From positions 37,634,001 to 37,698,000 of the forward strand of contig OX597827.1 of the NCBI GenBank assembly GCA_951406725.2: 64,000 nucleotides of DNA, in the 5' to 3' direction. The position numbers and the translations under genes were made by a program. This document shows, piece after piece, positions 1-13,171 of this stretch (positions are counted from its first letter, which is position 1; each line of letters starts with the position of its first letter). This stretch comes from Octopus vulgaris (taxonomy: Eukaryota). Below the pieces are notes generated by a model that saw nothing but the letters and a program-made list of their open reading frames with translations, was not told the DNA's origin and made no database searches.

Positions 1-321
1 TACTGCTACATTTACTGTTTTGGTGTTGTTTTCAGTGAGGGTAGGTAGATAGATATCTAATGTTTATATACAATAGCTCTTCATTGTTCTACTTAGTTTT
101 TGTTCTTGCCGCTTCTGCCATTGTTATTATAGTTATGATCTATGTTGCAGTTCTTGTTGCTGCTGCTGTTATTGCTGCTGCTGCTGCTATTGTTGTGGTT
201 GTAATCGTTGTTACATAGGAAGTTATATTAATTGCACACTGTAATATTGTCTCGGGATATTTGCACACGTCTATAAAAAGATTATACTAATATCGTGTAA
301 AGTTTATAAAAAGCACTTATG

Positions 322-370
<49 letters not shown>

Positions 371-459
371 ATATATGTATGCGTGTATGAGTAGGTGTGT
401 ACATTTTTATTTTTATATACATGTTTCTGTATGTTTGTTCGTGTGTGTGTGTGTGTGTG

Positions 460-509
<50 letters not shown>

Positions 510-573
510 CATACAAATACATAGATGCATATATATTTATATATATATATACATACATACATATATATATATA

Positions 574-614
<41 letters not shown>

Positions 615-621
615 GTATATA

Positions 622-658
<37 letters not shown>

Positions 659-659
<1 letters not shown>

Positions 660-775
660 CAAGGAGAGTTTACGAAAATAACAAAAGTCGAAGACAGGTG
701 GTGTACATAACAAACAGATCTAATAGTATAACGCTCAGGAATAGAAAAAGTCTTTTACGTTTCGAGCTTACGCTC
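659..775 (-). mobile_element. Penelope-like element terminal (pLTR) remnant, truncated inside the HHR motif (copy 1)
   Basis: gaagacaggtggtgta...aaagtcttttacgtttcgagcttacgctc matches 60680-60767. The minus strand gives GAGC-GUAA-GCUC-GAAACGU (HHR stem II plus GAAA) without the CUGANGA half. Confidence 0.6.
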
Positions 776-819
776 GGTGTGTGTAAATATGTATATGAAT
801 ATATATATATATACATATA

Positions 820-872
<53 letters not shown>

Positions 873-902
873 GAAATGAGGTAATCAGAAGATTATATAT
901 AG

Positions 903-949
<47 letters not shown>

Positions 950-1067
950 TATATATATACATATATACATAATTATAAATATATATATATACACATATAT
1001 ATATGTGTGTATGTATGTATATATATTATACATGTACATATATATATGTATACATAAATTTATATAA

Positions 1068-1112
<45 letters not shown>

Positions 1113-1225
1113 TAAACGAATATATATATATTATATGTGCATATATGAATATGTGTAATATACATACAGGGTGAAGGCAGAGAAAAGTAGGAGAGGGGGA
1201 AAAGAGACAGTGAAGTCGAGTCGTA

Positions 1226-1454
<229 letters not shown>

Positions 1455-1577
1455 GGTGTGTGTAAATATGTATATGAATATATATATATATATATATATG
1501 ATTATATATATATATATATATCATCACTTTCCACCAGCAATATATATATATATAATCAGAAGATTATATATATAGAG

Positions 1578-1634
<57 letters not shown>

Positions 1635-1752
1635 TATATATACATATATACATAATTATAAATATATATATATACACATATATATATGTGTGTATGTATG
1701 TATATATATTATACATGTACATATATATATATGTATACATAAATTTATATAA

Positions 1753-1791
<39 letters not shown>

Positions 1792-1908
1792 TAAACGAAT
1801 ATATATATATTATATGTGCATATATGAATATGTGTATTATATATATATATATATAAATATATATATATTCATAATATATATATATACATACAAGAATTTT
1901 ATATAGAA

Positions 1909-2932
1909 CTAGCAGTATCGCCCGGCGTTGCTCGGGTGTGTTTTTCTAGAAAATTTTCTATTAAGCTGTTTTCAATATATTTCTTTTTACATAACTTTAA
2001 TCTTTCATCATTATTTCGCACGTCGCGCGCGTACACTCACACGCGCGCGCGCGCATTTCTATCATGTCAAAAGATCTTTAAACAAGTAGGGATTCTTCAC
2101 CACTGCCACCGCAACCAGCATGGCTTTCATCATCACCGTCACCAGCACCATTACAACCGTTAGCACCACTGGTCATCATTATCGTCATCATCATTTTTAG
2201 CAAGGAAGAGCAAGCCTTCACCATCATACTCACTATTATCATCATCACTTTCCACCAGTCTTGGAGGAGATAGTGTTAGTTGACCAGGCACCATTAACCT
2301 GCGTATTACACATAACAGACAAACTCATGATTAAGAATATATTACAAATACTCTAGAAGGAAAATCCTCCCCTTGAACACGAAAACACAAACTAGAGAAG
2401 CACAGAACATACTTCAGACACCAAATGTAATATACAAAACTGAATGATCATAATTCTGAACTTCGTCACTCATATTGTTGCAACAGACTCACGAGGATGA
2501 CATTTTCTTCTCGGTTAACAATGCATATGCAACATTTTTAATACAGTACACAAAATAAGAACATTAGTTGATAGCATACGCTGTTTTTAGCATCACTTGC
2601 TTCTCATGATGATACCAACAAGGTCTTCAAGCGTTAATGAACAAATATGGATTTCGAGATGCTATTGCTCCAAACTGAAAATAAATTACCAATACAAATG
2701 TGAAATATCCTTAATTAAAAATTTTTCAAAAAAACCTTTTTCATTAAATAATTTTTGGTGTTAACATGGTCCGATTTGAATTTTTTTCTTCTACGGAAGG
2801 AAGAGCAAGCCTTCTTCTATCATACTCTCAATTTTGGTCAACTTGTGCCGCAGGGTCTTGGAGGAGATAGTGTTAGTTGAAGGCTACCAAACCTGCCAGA
2901 CACAGACAACCTCAGTTATATATATAGAGAGA
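1909..2932 (-). mobile_element. Non-autonomous Helitron (interior is a mosaic)
   Basis: Minus-strand 3' end acccgagcaacgccgggcgatactgCTAG (hairpin plus CTAG) at 1909-1937; 5' TC start tctctctatatatataactgagg near 2932; 2750-2925 matches 29115-29290 in reverse. Confidence 0.6.
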
Positions 2933-3404
2933 TTTCAGAAAAATTACTAGAATATGGAAAAACTAATACAAATCAATTATCAACAGAGATGAATAATACG
3001 TAAAACGAATCATAAGTATGCCAGGACTTCGAGGTTGTATAGTTTTTAAACCCGTTGTTGAAAGCTTTATCAGTTATAACAGTATTCCTTAATTTTCTTA
3101 CCTACAGCGAAGCGCTTGAAGCATACGCTATTTTTAGCATCACTTGCTTCTCATGATGATACCAACAAGGTCTTCAAGCGTTAATGAACAAATATGGATT
3201 TCGAGATGCTATTGCTCCAAACTGAAAATAAATTACCAATACAAATGTGAAATATCCTTAATTAAAAATTTTAAGCTCAAATATAGTTGTGTCTTTTATA
3301 AGTGTACGCGTTGTGAGTGTATGTGTGTGTATGTTTGTGTATGCGTGTGTGTGTATGTGTGCACGTGTACATACGTACATAGGTGAATATCTCTGTGTAT
3401 ATGT

Positions 3405-3530
3405 AGGTGAATTGACAGATTCGTTCAAGCATCAGATAGAATGCCTCACAATATTCTTCCCGAGTCACTCCGCTCTACGTTCAAATTCCGTAGAGATCAA
3501 CATTGCCTTTCATCCTCTCTGAGTGAATAA
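3405..3530 (+). mobile_element. Degenerate Nin-domain SINE fragment
   Basis: ttcaaattccgtagagatcaacattgcctttcatcc resembles the SINE at 44029-44463. Confidence 0.55.
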
Positions 3531-4263
3531 AAATATACAAATCTAGTGCGGAAGATTGGCAAGACTTTAAGAGCACCGGATCTGATGCTTTGCAACATTT
3601 TTCAGCTCTTTGCGTTCTGAATTCAAAGTGAGTGTGTATTATAACAGAAAAGTCTTTATAAGAAGATTCTCAGAGACAAAATATTACAGCTAGCACCGTT
3701 CTACTGTTATATATACATGATAAATATTAGACATATCATTTTATACCTATGCATGTGTATATGTGTGTGAGGAAGTGTATGTGCGTGTTTATGCACAAAG
3801 CGAGAGAGAGAGTAATTCTCCCTCGAATCACACCTTTCCACATTCCACAAGGGAAATCTCCGAGCGATCACTAAACCTGCCAGAAATACAAGTCAGGGCT
3901 CCCATAAACTCACCCATTCATCTATGTGGCTGATGATATTATCGTGACTACGCAGAGTCGACAATTTGCTTATCCTGCTTATTATCATTATTTTGCGCAT
4001 CAAATAATTAGAATGGACGCTTTGTTCCTAAAACGTATAAAGAAGATGACCTTAAAAAAACAGCTATTATAGACTTATCAGTGATCCATTCCATATTCGG
4101 TGTGGGTCTTGCCATCTATATATTTGTTTCTCTCTCTTTCAATATTCGCCGCGTAATACAGGGGTGAGAACTAGGAAATATTAATAATACTTTCCAGGCA
4201 ATTTAGTCATATATCCAAATATGTGTATATGTGTATATATATATATGTATGTATATATGTATG

Positions 4264-4323
<60 letters not shown>

Positions 4324-4608
4324 GTTTGTATAAATATTTATACATATATATATGTATATATATATACACACATACATATTATACATGTTTGTATGTATGT
4401 GTGTGTACATATATATACAGATATACATATGTGAATATATATGTATGTACATGTACACACACTCACACACACACACATACACATATATATAAATATACAT
4501 ACATAGACATACATATATACATTTGTCTTTAGACATACGTAAATATATATATATGTGTGTGTGTGTATATATATATATATATAAACAAACACACACACAC
4601 ACAAACAC

Positions 4609-4706
<98 letters not shown>

Positions 4707-4930
4707 ATCTTCGCTTTGCAGGTCATTAATATTCAATAGTGAAACCCATTATTGAACCAACTTCTGTCGCATACATATGCATACATCTGTGTGTGTGTTT
4801 GCATATGTGTGCAAGTATGTGTATGTGTGCGTGCGTAATTAGATTATATGACTCATACAATTCAGTTTGTATAAATTGTGTGAATGTATCTGTATGAGTG
4901 TGTATGTATATATAAATATATGTGTGTATG

Positions 4931-4962
<32 letters not shown>

Positions 4963-5085
4963 CATACATATACATATATACATAAATATACATATATATA
5001 CATATATATATATATATAGATATATGCATACATCTGTATATATATATATATACATATATATACATATGTATACATACATATACAT

Positions 5086-5152
<67 letters not shown>

Positions 5153-5544
5153 TGCATGTATGTATGTATGTATGTATGTATGTATATATGTAGGCATGTA
5201 TGAATGTATGGAAGCATGGATGGATATGTATACATAAATGTATGTATTATATGCACACACTCCCATGCGCATGTGCGTGTAAGAGAGAGAAAGAATGAGA
5301 AGGTAAAGGATCTTGAATGTATGTAGGGGTGGTGTGTGTATTTGGATCGTATGAGTCATCAGTGAAGAGACATTTCCTATCAAGTATTCATGATATAACA
5401 CTTAATCGTTTTCCCATCATACCAACGGAACACGTAGATGGCAAACTCAGTCATATGATATTTCAGAAGAATCAATCTATATCAAACCTTCATAGCTATG
5501 TCATTATAGGAATAGTCCTAAACTTGATACGGGAAGACTTTGAG

Positions 5545-5720
5545 AAAAGAGTGGATATAGACTCGATTAATTCGACACCAGGACTTGGCAGGTATTCTAT
5601 TTTATTGACAACCAATTTACGAAAGGTGGTCGCCGAGTAATTTGAACTCAGAACACAAAGAAATACTGTAAGGCGTTCTGTGTGTGGCTCTCTACCGATT
5701 CTGTTTCTCCTGAGCTTCTG
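5545..5720 (-). mobile_element. Degenerate Nin-domain SINE
   Basis: gaaagg...tcgccgagtaatttgaactcagaac is the reverse complement of the family body. Confidence 0.5.
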
Positions 5721-6051
5721 ACTTTGAAGAGAAATATTGATTTCTGAAATAGGCACAAGGTTTCAAATTTGATGGGATTGGTGGGAGTGAACAGTCGACT
5801 CCAGTATTTCACTTGTACTATGTTTTTATTGACCTCGGATGGATTGAAAGTTAATGCTGTCTTCGATGGGATTTTTGTCTTGTAATATAAAGAGCCGGAA
5901 CTAAATACTACAAGGTATTTTCTTGACACAGAAGAGTCCCACCGATCCAACAGAGATATAAAATAATTTGGTTCAATATTGAAAATAAATTATTAATAAG
6001 AAAATAATTTGTTATACCTCAAATGTCATCTTAAAAGCGGAAACAGTGCAA

Positions 6052-6181
6052 ACTAGAAAAGCACTCGGATAGCACAGACCTCCGCCAAGCAACTCATTTC
6101 CACCCATATACCCGCATGCTGAAAATCGACTAATTTCCCAAACCAACGCCGCCAAAAACATAACCTCCTTGGCAGGGGTAA
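6052..6181 (-). mobile_element. Helentron-associated non-autonomous element (HINE/DINE-like)
   Basis: Subterminal inverted repeats acctccgccaag ... cttggcagggg followed by taaa; shares aaaacataacctcctt with 6775-6805. Confidence 0.55.
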
Positions 6182-6599
6182 AAAAAACTAACACAGTCAT
6201 ATGATTTTTTTAAAAAAACCTAAACCTAACCCTGACCATACCAAACTAAACCTACCTACCTATTTTACATCCCTCTGTGGTCAGTATAGTATCAGTCATC
6301 CCTCAAGGGTCCAGCATCAGTTGTTGCTACCACTGCATCCTCCTCTGCTACTGTTATTAGCAACCCCTGAATATGTTAGTGTCATTTAATTTCTGAAATG
6401 TTTCGCTGACGTTTGTTTATGTTGTTTGATCTCTTTCTCTATCAGTTTCTAGTAAGATAGATATGCGAGTAAAATAGAGAAACGAAAATAAAACTTTGGA
6501 AACAGGAACGCCACCATAGGTTACGTGAACACTATAAACGTGTTTTCAAGGGAGATAATCAAAGAACGTAACATTGTAATACTTCATGTAAAGTAAATA

Positions 6600-6805
6600 T
6601 AACAAATGAAAAAGCCTTCAAGAATTCATAAAATTTCTCTGATCACTACAAAAATTTCATCATCTATTTCTTGTATCATTACCAATTTTTCCTGCAAGTT
6701 TCATTGAATATCGTTCACAACTTTTTGAGTTATTTTGCACACAGACGGACAGACGGTCAAACCAACGCCGATGAAAACATAACCTCCTTCCTTGGCGGAG
6801 GTAAT
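6600..6805 (-). mobile_element. HINE/DINE-like element, second copy
   Basis: caagtttcattgaatatcg...acagacggacagac...gaaaacataacctccttccttggcggaggtaat; GACA/GACG microsatellite next to a subTIR, as in DINE-1-like elements. Confidence 0.55.
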
Positions 6806-7044
6806 GAATAGGAACGTTATTAGTCTCTATTTAGCGAGAAAGATACAGTGTTCGAATCCAGCCTGGTACTGTGTTATACATATAAAAAAAAAATAATATA
6901 ACACCTCAAAGCGATAAGGAGCAGAATGAAGAAAAGTAGGCCGATGAGGAAAAGTAGGCTTTCTGAAGCAAAAGAAATAAAGACCAAAGTAAACTTAATT
7001 CGAAAAACATTTAGAAAAACATTAACAAATGTTAAGTGGGTCCG

Positions 7045-7620
7045 TTTACGAAGAAGAAACTCTCACCGCGTGGGAAGAATCTGAATTTTATGAAGGAACC
7101 CATGTCATGTGAGGTGAAACCAACTCATTGCTCTGGAAGAAGCGATTTACAAGAATATAAAGAGCTATAATAAGACTATTATTATAATAAGCCCTTTCAA
7201 TCTTGTCCACTATACCTCTTTCGCCAAAGACCAGACAGATGAAAACTGCCTGTTCTTTTTGGTCAAAGGGAAATAACATGACGCTCTTCTCAATGGACTC
7301 AACTGATCGCTGGATCCGTCCCACACTCAACAGCAGGAACTCGACACAATTCCACAGGTCAGCAATACTCGGGCACTGGACGAGTGCGTACAGAAATTCC
7401 GATGCTTTACGCGCATCTCGGGGAAGCCCGACTGACAGCATTTTTGTGTCTGTAAAGTCTACCTCGAAATGGCAATCTCCAACTGTTCCGGCTAGCACTA
7501 CCAGGCAAAGAAATTTCTGAGATTATCCATTAGCCCCGACTCCAAAGTCCTCCGAAACAGACTAATTTCGTTAATACCTAGTCTCCCCGGGAATGTCGAC
7601 GCTCTTTCCCGCCACTTACC
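7045..7620 (-). pseudogene. L1/Tx1-type LINE ORF2 C-terminal fragment
   Basis: ORF 7088-7498 reads ...YALVQCPSIADLWNCVEFLLLSVGRIQRSVESIEK...AVFICLV, resembling the region after the CCHC motif in Tx1-like ORF2; GC-richer than the flanks; disrupted. Confidence 0.55.
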
Positions 7621-7687
7621 CTCTAAAGAAAGCCTAATCGGGTTTCTGCCTACAAAGTATATCTATGTCGGTCACACAGATCCTACT

Positions 7688-7718
<31 letters not shown>

Positions 7719-7719
7719 C

Positions 7720-7785
<66 letters not shown>
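7688..7785. repeat. (CAG)n-(TAG)n microsatellite
   Basis: Seen directly. Confidence 0.95.
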
Positions 7786-7786
<1 letters not shown>

Positions 7787-7792
7787 TCAAGT

Positions 7793-7980
7793 AAGGCGGC
7801 GAGCCAGTAGAAACGTTAGAGCGCCGGACTAAAGTTCCTATTCATTACATTCTGAGTTCAAATTCTGTCGAGGTCGACTTTAGTTTCGAGTCATTAAAAT
7901 AAGTGCTAGTTGAGCAGTGGTGATCGATGTAATCGACTTACCTCCTACCTCTAAAATCATTGGCCTTGTGCCAAAACCCA
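7793..7980 (+). mobile_element. Nin-domain SINE
   Basis: aggcggcgagccagtagaaacgttag...ttctgagttcaaattctgtcgaggtcgacttt...taatcgactt...gccttgtgcc. Confidence 0.7.
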
Positions 7981-8234
7981 TTGTTATTTTCTCCACCTTG
8001 CTTTAACGGGCTACACGTTGCTTTATACAAGCTACACCAAAGTTTCAACCAGAGCCGTCAAGAGACAAAGTCTTACATCTGAAGATACAAAAAGATCTCT
8101 GTATGTTACAAAATAAAACTATTTTTACACAATTTATAATGAAAATGAATTAATAAAATTGTATTTAGACAGAGAGGAATTTACGTAAAATATGTGAAAT
8201 ACCTGTAAGTAGGATCGTCTGCAATTTACTTGTT

Positions 8235-8343
8235 TTGGGACTGCCTGGAATGAGGTCAACGCATTCGTTTACCTCTTTTGATATTATTCCAAATTCCCCA
8301 GTCACAATAGCTAATATTGTGGCTTTGAGATGTCACATACTCC

Positions 8344-8345
<2 letters not shown>
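8235..8345 (-). pseudogene. R4/Dong-like LINE C-terminal fragment
   Basis: Minus strand translates LRSM*HLKATILAIVTGEFGIISKEVNECVDLIPGSPK, similar to ISKMWKLKTKTIPVVIGALGMIAKGTDCYLTQIPGNPK in the 30251-30931 ORF. Confidence 0.6.
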
Positions 8346-8417
<72 letters not shown>

Positions 8418-8467
8418 GGTGGTGGTGGTGGTGGTGGTGGTGGTGGTGGTGGCAGTACTAGTATTAA

Positions 8468-8501
<34 letters not shown>

Positions 8502-8520
8502 GGTGGTGGTGGTGATGGTG

Positions 8521-8552
<32 letters not shown>

Positions 8553-8553
8553 G

Positions 8554-8615
<62 letters not shown>
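8346..8615. repeat. Compound (TAG)n/(TGG)n microsatellite
   Basis: Seen directly. Confidence 0.95.
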
Positions 8616-8616
<1 letters not shown>

Positions 8617-8710
8617 AAACAGCAGAAACAGTCTTACATGCGACTAAATTATGCTACTATATTCAGAAATCTAACCTGTCCAGCATTGATTTTTCTCTTG
8701 GTTCTAACAT

Positions 8711-9513
8711 AGGCGCAGGAGTGGCTGTGTGGTAAGTAGCTTGCTAACCAACCACATGGTTCCGGGTTCAGTCCCACTGCGTGGCATCTTGGGCAAGTGT
8801 CTTCTGCTATAGCCCCGGGCCGACCAATGCCTTGTGAGTGGATTTGGTAGACGGAAACTGAAAGAAGCCCGTCGTATATATGTATATATATATATATATA
8901 CTAGCAGTATCGCCCGGCGTTGCTCAGGTTTGTAAGGGAAATAACTATAAAGCATTTTTAGAGAGTTATAGCCAAAAAATAGCAAAAAAATGGAAAAAAA
9001 ATGATGGTAAATTTTTTTTGAGAGTTAAAAAAGGTGGAGTTGCGTCCCCTAGACGGTCTGTGGTTTGGGTTTCTGATTCTCGACCCCATGTCGAATTTAT
9101 CGATTTTTTTCAGAACTGGGGGAACTTTTCAAAATTTTCGCTGTGTTAGTTTTGAATTATGACATTGGGCTATGTGTGTGTCAAGTTTCATCAGAATCGG
9201 TTGAAAGCCGTGGTCAGAGTGAGGGTACGAGAAAACAGACACACAGAAAACGCACAGACAAACTGCCGTTTATATAGAGAGAGATATATGTGTGTGTGTA
9301 TGTGTTGGTGTGTCTGTGTTTCTCCCCCTAGCATTGCTTGACAACCGATGCTGGTGTGTTTACGTCCCCGTCACTTAGCGGTTCGGCAAAAGAGAGCGAT
9401 AGAATAAGTGCTGGGCTTACAAAGAATAAGCACCGGGGTCGATTTGCTCGACTAAAGGCGGTGCTCCAGCTTGGCTGCAGTCAAATGACTGAAACATGTA
9501 AAAGAGTAAAGAG
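8711..9513 (+). mobile_element. tRNA-derived CORE-type SINE (octopus OR-like), interrupted by a Helitron
   Basis: A-box-like gtggctgtgtgg, B-box-like ggttcagtccc, CORE-like cttgggcaagtgtctt, central (TA)/(TG) tract, 3' ...tgactgaaacatgtaaaagagtaaagag; same family as 22429-22824 and 55339-55762. Confidence 0.85.
8901..9284 (-). mobile_element. Non-autonomous Helitron inserted in the SINE microsatellite
   Basis: 3' hairpin plus CTAG at 8901-8930; 5' TC(TC)TATATAAACGGCAGTTTGTCTGTG near 9284; A|T target; body shared with 28730-28910. Confidence 0.8.
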
Positions 9514-10280
9514 TATATATTTTTTTTTAAATATATTCATGGGTTAATGTCATCAACAATACAGTTTTTCTTGCAAATGTGCCAATGTGAAAAATATAGC
9601 ACAGGGTTCACATTATGTGCCTGTCCATTCTCCACCCTTCCACACCAGAATTTAAAAATAGGAAGAAAAAAAATAGGACACGTTATAACTATACAAGAGT
9701 TGTCTTAAATTACTTTTCGTGCCTTCGTCTCCTCATTCTCTACCTCAGTTGATCTTGCAACCTGATTACAGCAGAACCTGGTCAATAAAGATCATAGTTT
9801 ACATTTGTGAGTTTAACGGGTATTCCAATGAAACAGAAGAAGTTTTGTTTACATGAAACAGCATTCATCTTCTCTGTAGTGTCAGGGCAACGTAAAGCTG
9901 TTAATACTAAACACAGAAGGGTCTTACATTACTGTAATTATAGATTAATAAGCAGAAGTATTTTCTCTCGGCCATATTGTTAATGGTGAACTGTAGTGGT
10001 AACACACTTAACTGACATCAGAATAAATAAAACAAGAAACAACTCTCAGTCAAGCGCACACATACATGAATACATGCTTGCATACATATATGCTTGCAAA
10101 CATGTAAGCATGCATGTATACATACATGCATGCATACATACATACATACATACATACATACATACATACATACATACATACATACATACATACATACATA
10201 CATACATACAAATACGCACACATGCTCCCATGTATGATTGTATCTTGATTGAGTTGTTAATTATATATATGCATATTATA

Positions 10281-10496
10281 CGAGGAGTACTGAAAGGTTC
10301 GTAGCTTTAGGTAAAAGAAAATACGAGAGGTTCAGTTAAATATAATTTTACTCAACATATTTCCCTCTCAGATTCACACACTTATTGCAGCGGTTTTTCA
10401 CTTTTTCTAAGACCTATGAAAGAACTCGGAAGGTTGGGCCTTCAACCAGGTCTTTCCTGATACCCTTAAAGCCAAGAACTTTTCAGTACCTCCTCG
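10281..10496. mobile_element. Mariner-type MITE
   Basis: TIRs cgaggagtactgaaaggttcgtagcttta and taaagccaagaacttttcagtacctcctcg, each flanked by TA. Confidence 0.8.
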
Positions 10497-10541
10497 TATG
10501 TACATACATATGAGAGTATATGTGTGTGTATAGGTATATAC

Positions 10542-10584
<43 letters not shown>

Positions 10585-10644
10585 TCTGAGTATGTATGTA
10601 TATATGAATGTATATAGATATAAATGTGTATATATACATATATA

Positions 10645-10711
<67 letters not shown>

Positions 10712-10840
10712 ATATATATATATATATCACGGGTTCAATAGAAAGAATACAGGGAGAAAAGTTAGGCGGGGAGTGCTAGTCAGCACCAGCATTGCTAGCA
10801 ACTTTGGTAACGTCTATACTTAATAATTATATAATATATA

Positions 10841-11625
10841 TCTCTTATTATAAAAGGCAGATTTTATCTGCCTCCCTTTGGGAGTTATAGAAATCTACAA
10901 TATAGGATTTCTTCAATTACAATTTACCTAGCATTTTTAAGAGTAGAATGCATTGCGTCATGCCAGGTCCAGTTTTTAAAATTTAAACTCCAATTAAGCA
11001 AAATTTACAGAAAACTCACATTCTGGTGTGTGTGTCAAATGCTTTTCTTAGTCTGGTTTACACCACACGCAAACGCACACACACAGTGGGCAACGAATAA
11101 AATGAAAGTAATTCACTTACTGTAGTGAGTGATTCTTTCACTCTGCCTCCCACTTCCTCTTTCCACACATAGACACGCAAATATATAAATAAAATTGTAA
11201 GCTAACGTGCGTGTGTGTGAGTGTGTGTGTGTGTGTGTGCGCGTGTGTGTGTGTGTGAGGGTGCGTGTGTGTGTGTGTGTGTGTGTGTGCGTGTGCGTGA
11301 GTGTGTGACAGGAAAGTTTTTTACGACGAATATAAGACCTATATCCAAGTAGCAGAAAGATAAGACAGTAAGGTGTGATTTGAGGGAGATTTGGCTGCTA
11401 TTTCTACCATGTCTAGCTGCCATGTAGGGGTCTCCCTCATAGGCTCATACATACATATATACATAGATAAGACAGTAAGGTGTGATTTGGGGGAAATTTG
11501 GCTGCTATTTCTACCAGGTCTAGCTACCATGTAGAGGTCCCCCTCATTGGCTCATATATATATACATACATAAGACAGTAAGGTGTGATTTGAGGGAGAT
11601 TTGGCTGCTGTTTCTACCAGGTCTG
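10841..11625 (+). mobile_element. Probable non-autonomous Helitron 5' part carrying a tandem repeat
   Basis: a|TCTCTTATTATAAAAGGCAG start resembles the other Helitron 5' ends in the window; no 3' CTAG hairpin seen. Confidence 0.4.
11359..11625 (+). repeat. Approx. 107-bp tandem repeat, about 2.5 copies
   Basis: ataagacagtaaggtgtgatttg(a/g)gggagatttggctgctatttctacc recurs near 11360, 11467 and 11570. Confidence 0.9.
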
Positions 11626-11699
11626 TTAGGCCTTCTCATGTAAACTCAAGCTTTCTCATGCCTTGAACATAAGACCAAAGCAGAGAATGTATTCTTTTA

Positions 11700-11910
11700 T
11701 TCTTCTGCTTTTTCCAGCCATTGGTCTGTGGCCATGCTGGGGCAATGCCTTGAAGAATTGTAGTTTAATGAATCAACTCCAGTTTTATTTTTGTAAGCAT
11801 TGTACTTATTCTATCTGTTTCCTTTGTCAAACCACTAGGTGACAGGGATGTAAACAAACCAACATTCGTTGTCAAGCAGTGGTGGAGGACAATCACAAGC
11901 ACAGACACAC
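11700..11910 (-). mobile_element. CORE-type SINE 3' half (degenerate)
   Basis: tgtggccatgctggggcaatgcc...gtacttattctatc...gttgtcaagcagtggtggaggacaa is the reverse complement of the SINE 3' part. Confidence 0.7.
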
Positions 11911-11934
11911 ACATACATGCATACACATATACAC

Positions 11935-11965
<31 letters not shown>

Positions 11966-11983
11966 TATGTGTGTATATATATA

Positions 11984-12233
11984 TTGCAGCGTGGAAGGTG
12001 TTTGTAAGCCATTTAAGAAACACACAAAAACCGTTACATTCACTTCAACATTTAAATTTAATTTGCCAAAATATTTTCGTCGCTTTGAGACCGCGACCTG
12101 TTCACTGACAAAAATATCGTGCTAACAGGTCGCGGTCTCAAAATATTTTGACAAATTAAATTTAAATGTTGAAGTGAATCTAACGGTTTTTGTGTGTTTC
12201 TTAAATGGCTTATAAACACCTTCAACGCTGCAA
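11984..12233. repeat. Inverted pair (fold-back) of a PLE-type terminal repeat
   Basis: ttgcagcgtggaaggtgtttgtaagccatttaagaaacacac...gcgacctgtt pairs with aacaggtcgc...gtgtgtttcttaaatggcttataaacaccttcaacgctgcaa; arms about 110-120 bp with a few mismatches. Confidence 0.9.
12062..12112 (-). ncRNA. Minimal type-I hammerhead ribozyme, G3:C8 variant
   Basis: UUUGUCA-GUGAACA-G-GUCGC-GGUCUCAAA-GCGAC-GAAA-AUAU-U-U-UGGCAAA: 7-bp stem I, 5-bp stem II, 1-bp helix III with palindromic AUAU loop. Confidence 0.65.
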
Positions 12234-12395
12234 CTGTTTTCGTTCCAGCACACGATCTCAGATCAAGTCACTTGCTATGCAAGTACATCTCTGTAACTAT
12301 ATATATATTTATATATATATATATATGTATATTGGTAAAAACAGTAAGATAACAAAAGAAAGAAAGAGACCTCAATATTATGTAAATAGAGGAAA

Positions 12396-12790
12396 TCTTT
12401 ATATATAAAAGTGAGGTTGTGTGTGTGTCTCCTACGATTTAGATTCCTAACTACTCCCACATTTTGCGGTGCAGTTTAACCAAAACCGGGTATCTTATAG
12501 TCGTGATTCATATCGAGACCGTCTGGGTATTAGCGCGCGTCTACGATGAGTCTACGATTAAAAAAAAAATTTACCATCAATTTTTCCCATTTTTAATCCA
12601 TTTTTGACATATATAAGGGAAGTAACTCTCTAAAATTTATTATTAAATCTCAGAACGTAAAAAAGCTACAGTAACACCCTCCCCCTTTGTGGTTAGCCAT
12701 ATTGAGATGGCTATTATACTTTACATCTCTAAAAATGCTTATATAATTATTTCCCTTACAAACCCGAGCAACGCCGGGCGATACTGCTAG
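12396..12790 (+). mobile_element. Non-autonomous Helitron
   Basis: a|TCTTTATATATAAAAGTGAGG ... aaacccgagcaacgccgggcgatactgCTAG|t. Confidence 0.8.
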
Positions 12791-12872
<82 letters not shown>

Positions 12873-12957
12873 CATTTATTAATTATATATAATATTATAT
12901 TTATAATATATATATATAATACATATATATAATACATATATTAATTATATACATATA

Positions 12958-13092
12958 TATATACTTTATTTAAAACCAGTAGAAATATAACAAAAGCTAT
13001 TACTCAGAGTTTCACGTACCTGTTCGAACGAGAACATGAAACTCTGAGTAACAGCTTTAGTTATATTTCTGCTGCTTTTAAATAAAGCATAT
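12958..13092. repeat. Palindrome of a PLE-type terminus centred inside an HHR motif
   Basis: ctttatttaaaaccagtagaaatataac...ctcagagtttcacg / catgaaactctgag...gttatatttctgctgcttttaaataaag; centre gttcgaac at 13022-13029. Confidence 0.85.
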
Positions 13093-13171
13093 TACTCTAC
13101 CTCCTAGTATTTGAGTACTCTTTTTTCCACCTTGTTTCACATTTATGTGCTTACTCTGGTATATATATTTA

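Noticed and set aside
6218-6262. cctaaacctaaccctg as an interstitial telomere repeat
   Set aside because: Too short and irregular.
8711-8790. SINE heads as tRNA genes
   Set aside because: A/B-box-like motifs are present but there is no cloverleaf, and they run into a SINE body found in multiple copies.
11359-11625. Regularly spaced repeats resembling a CRISPR array (also 44652-44790)
   Set aside because: The context is eukaryotic, the 'spacers' are themselves repeated and there are no cas genes; these are ordinary tandem repeats.
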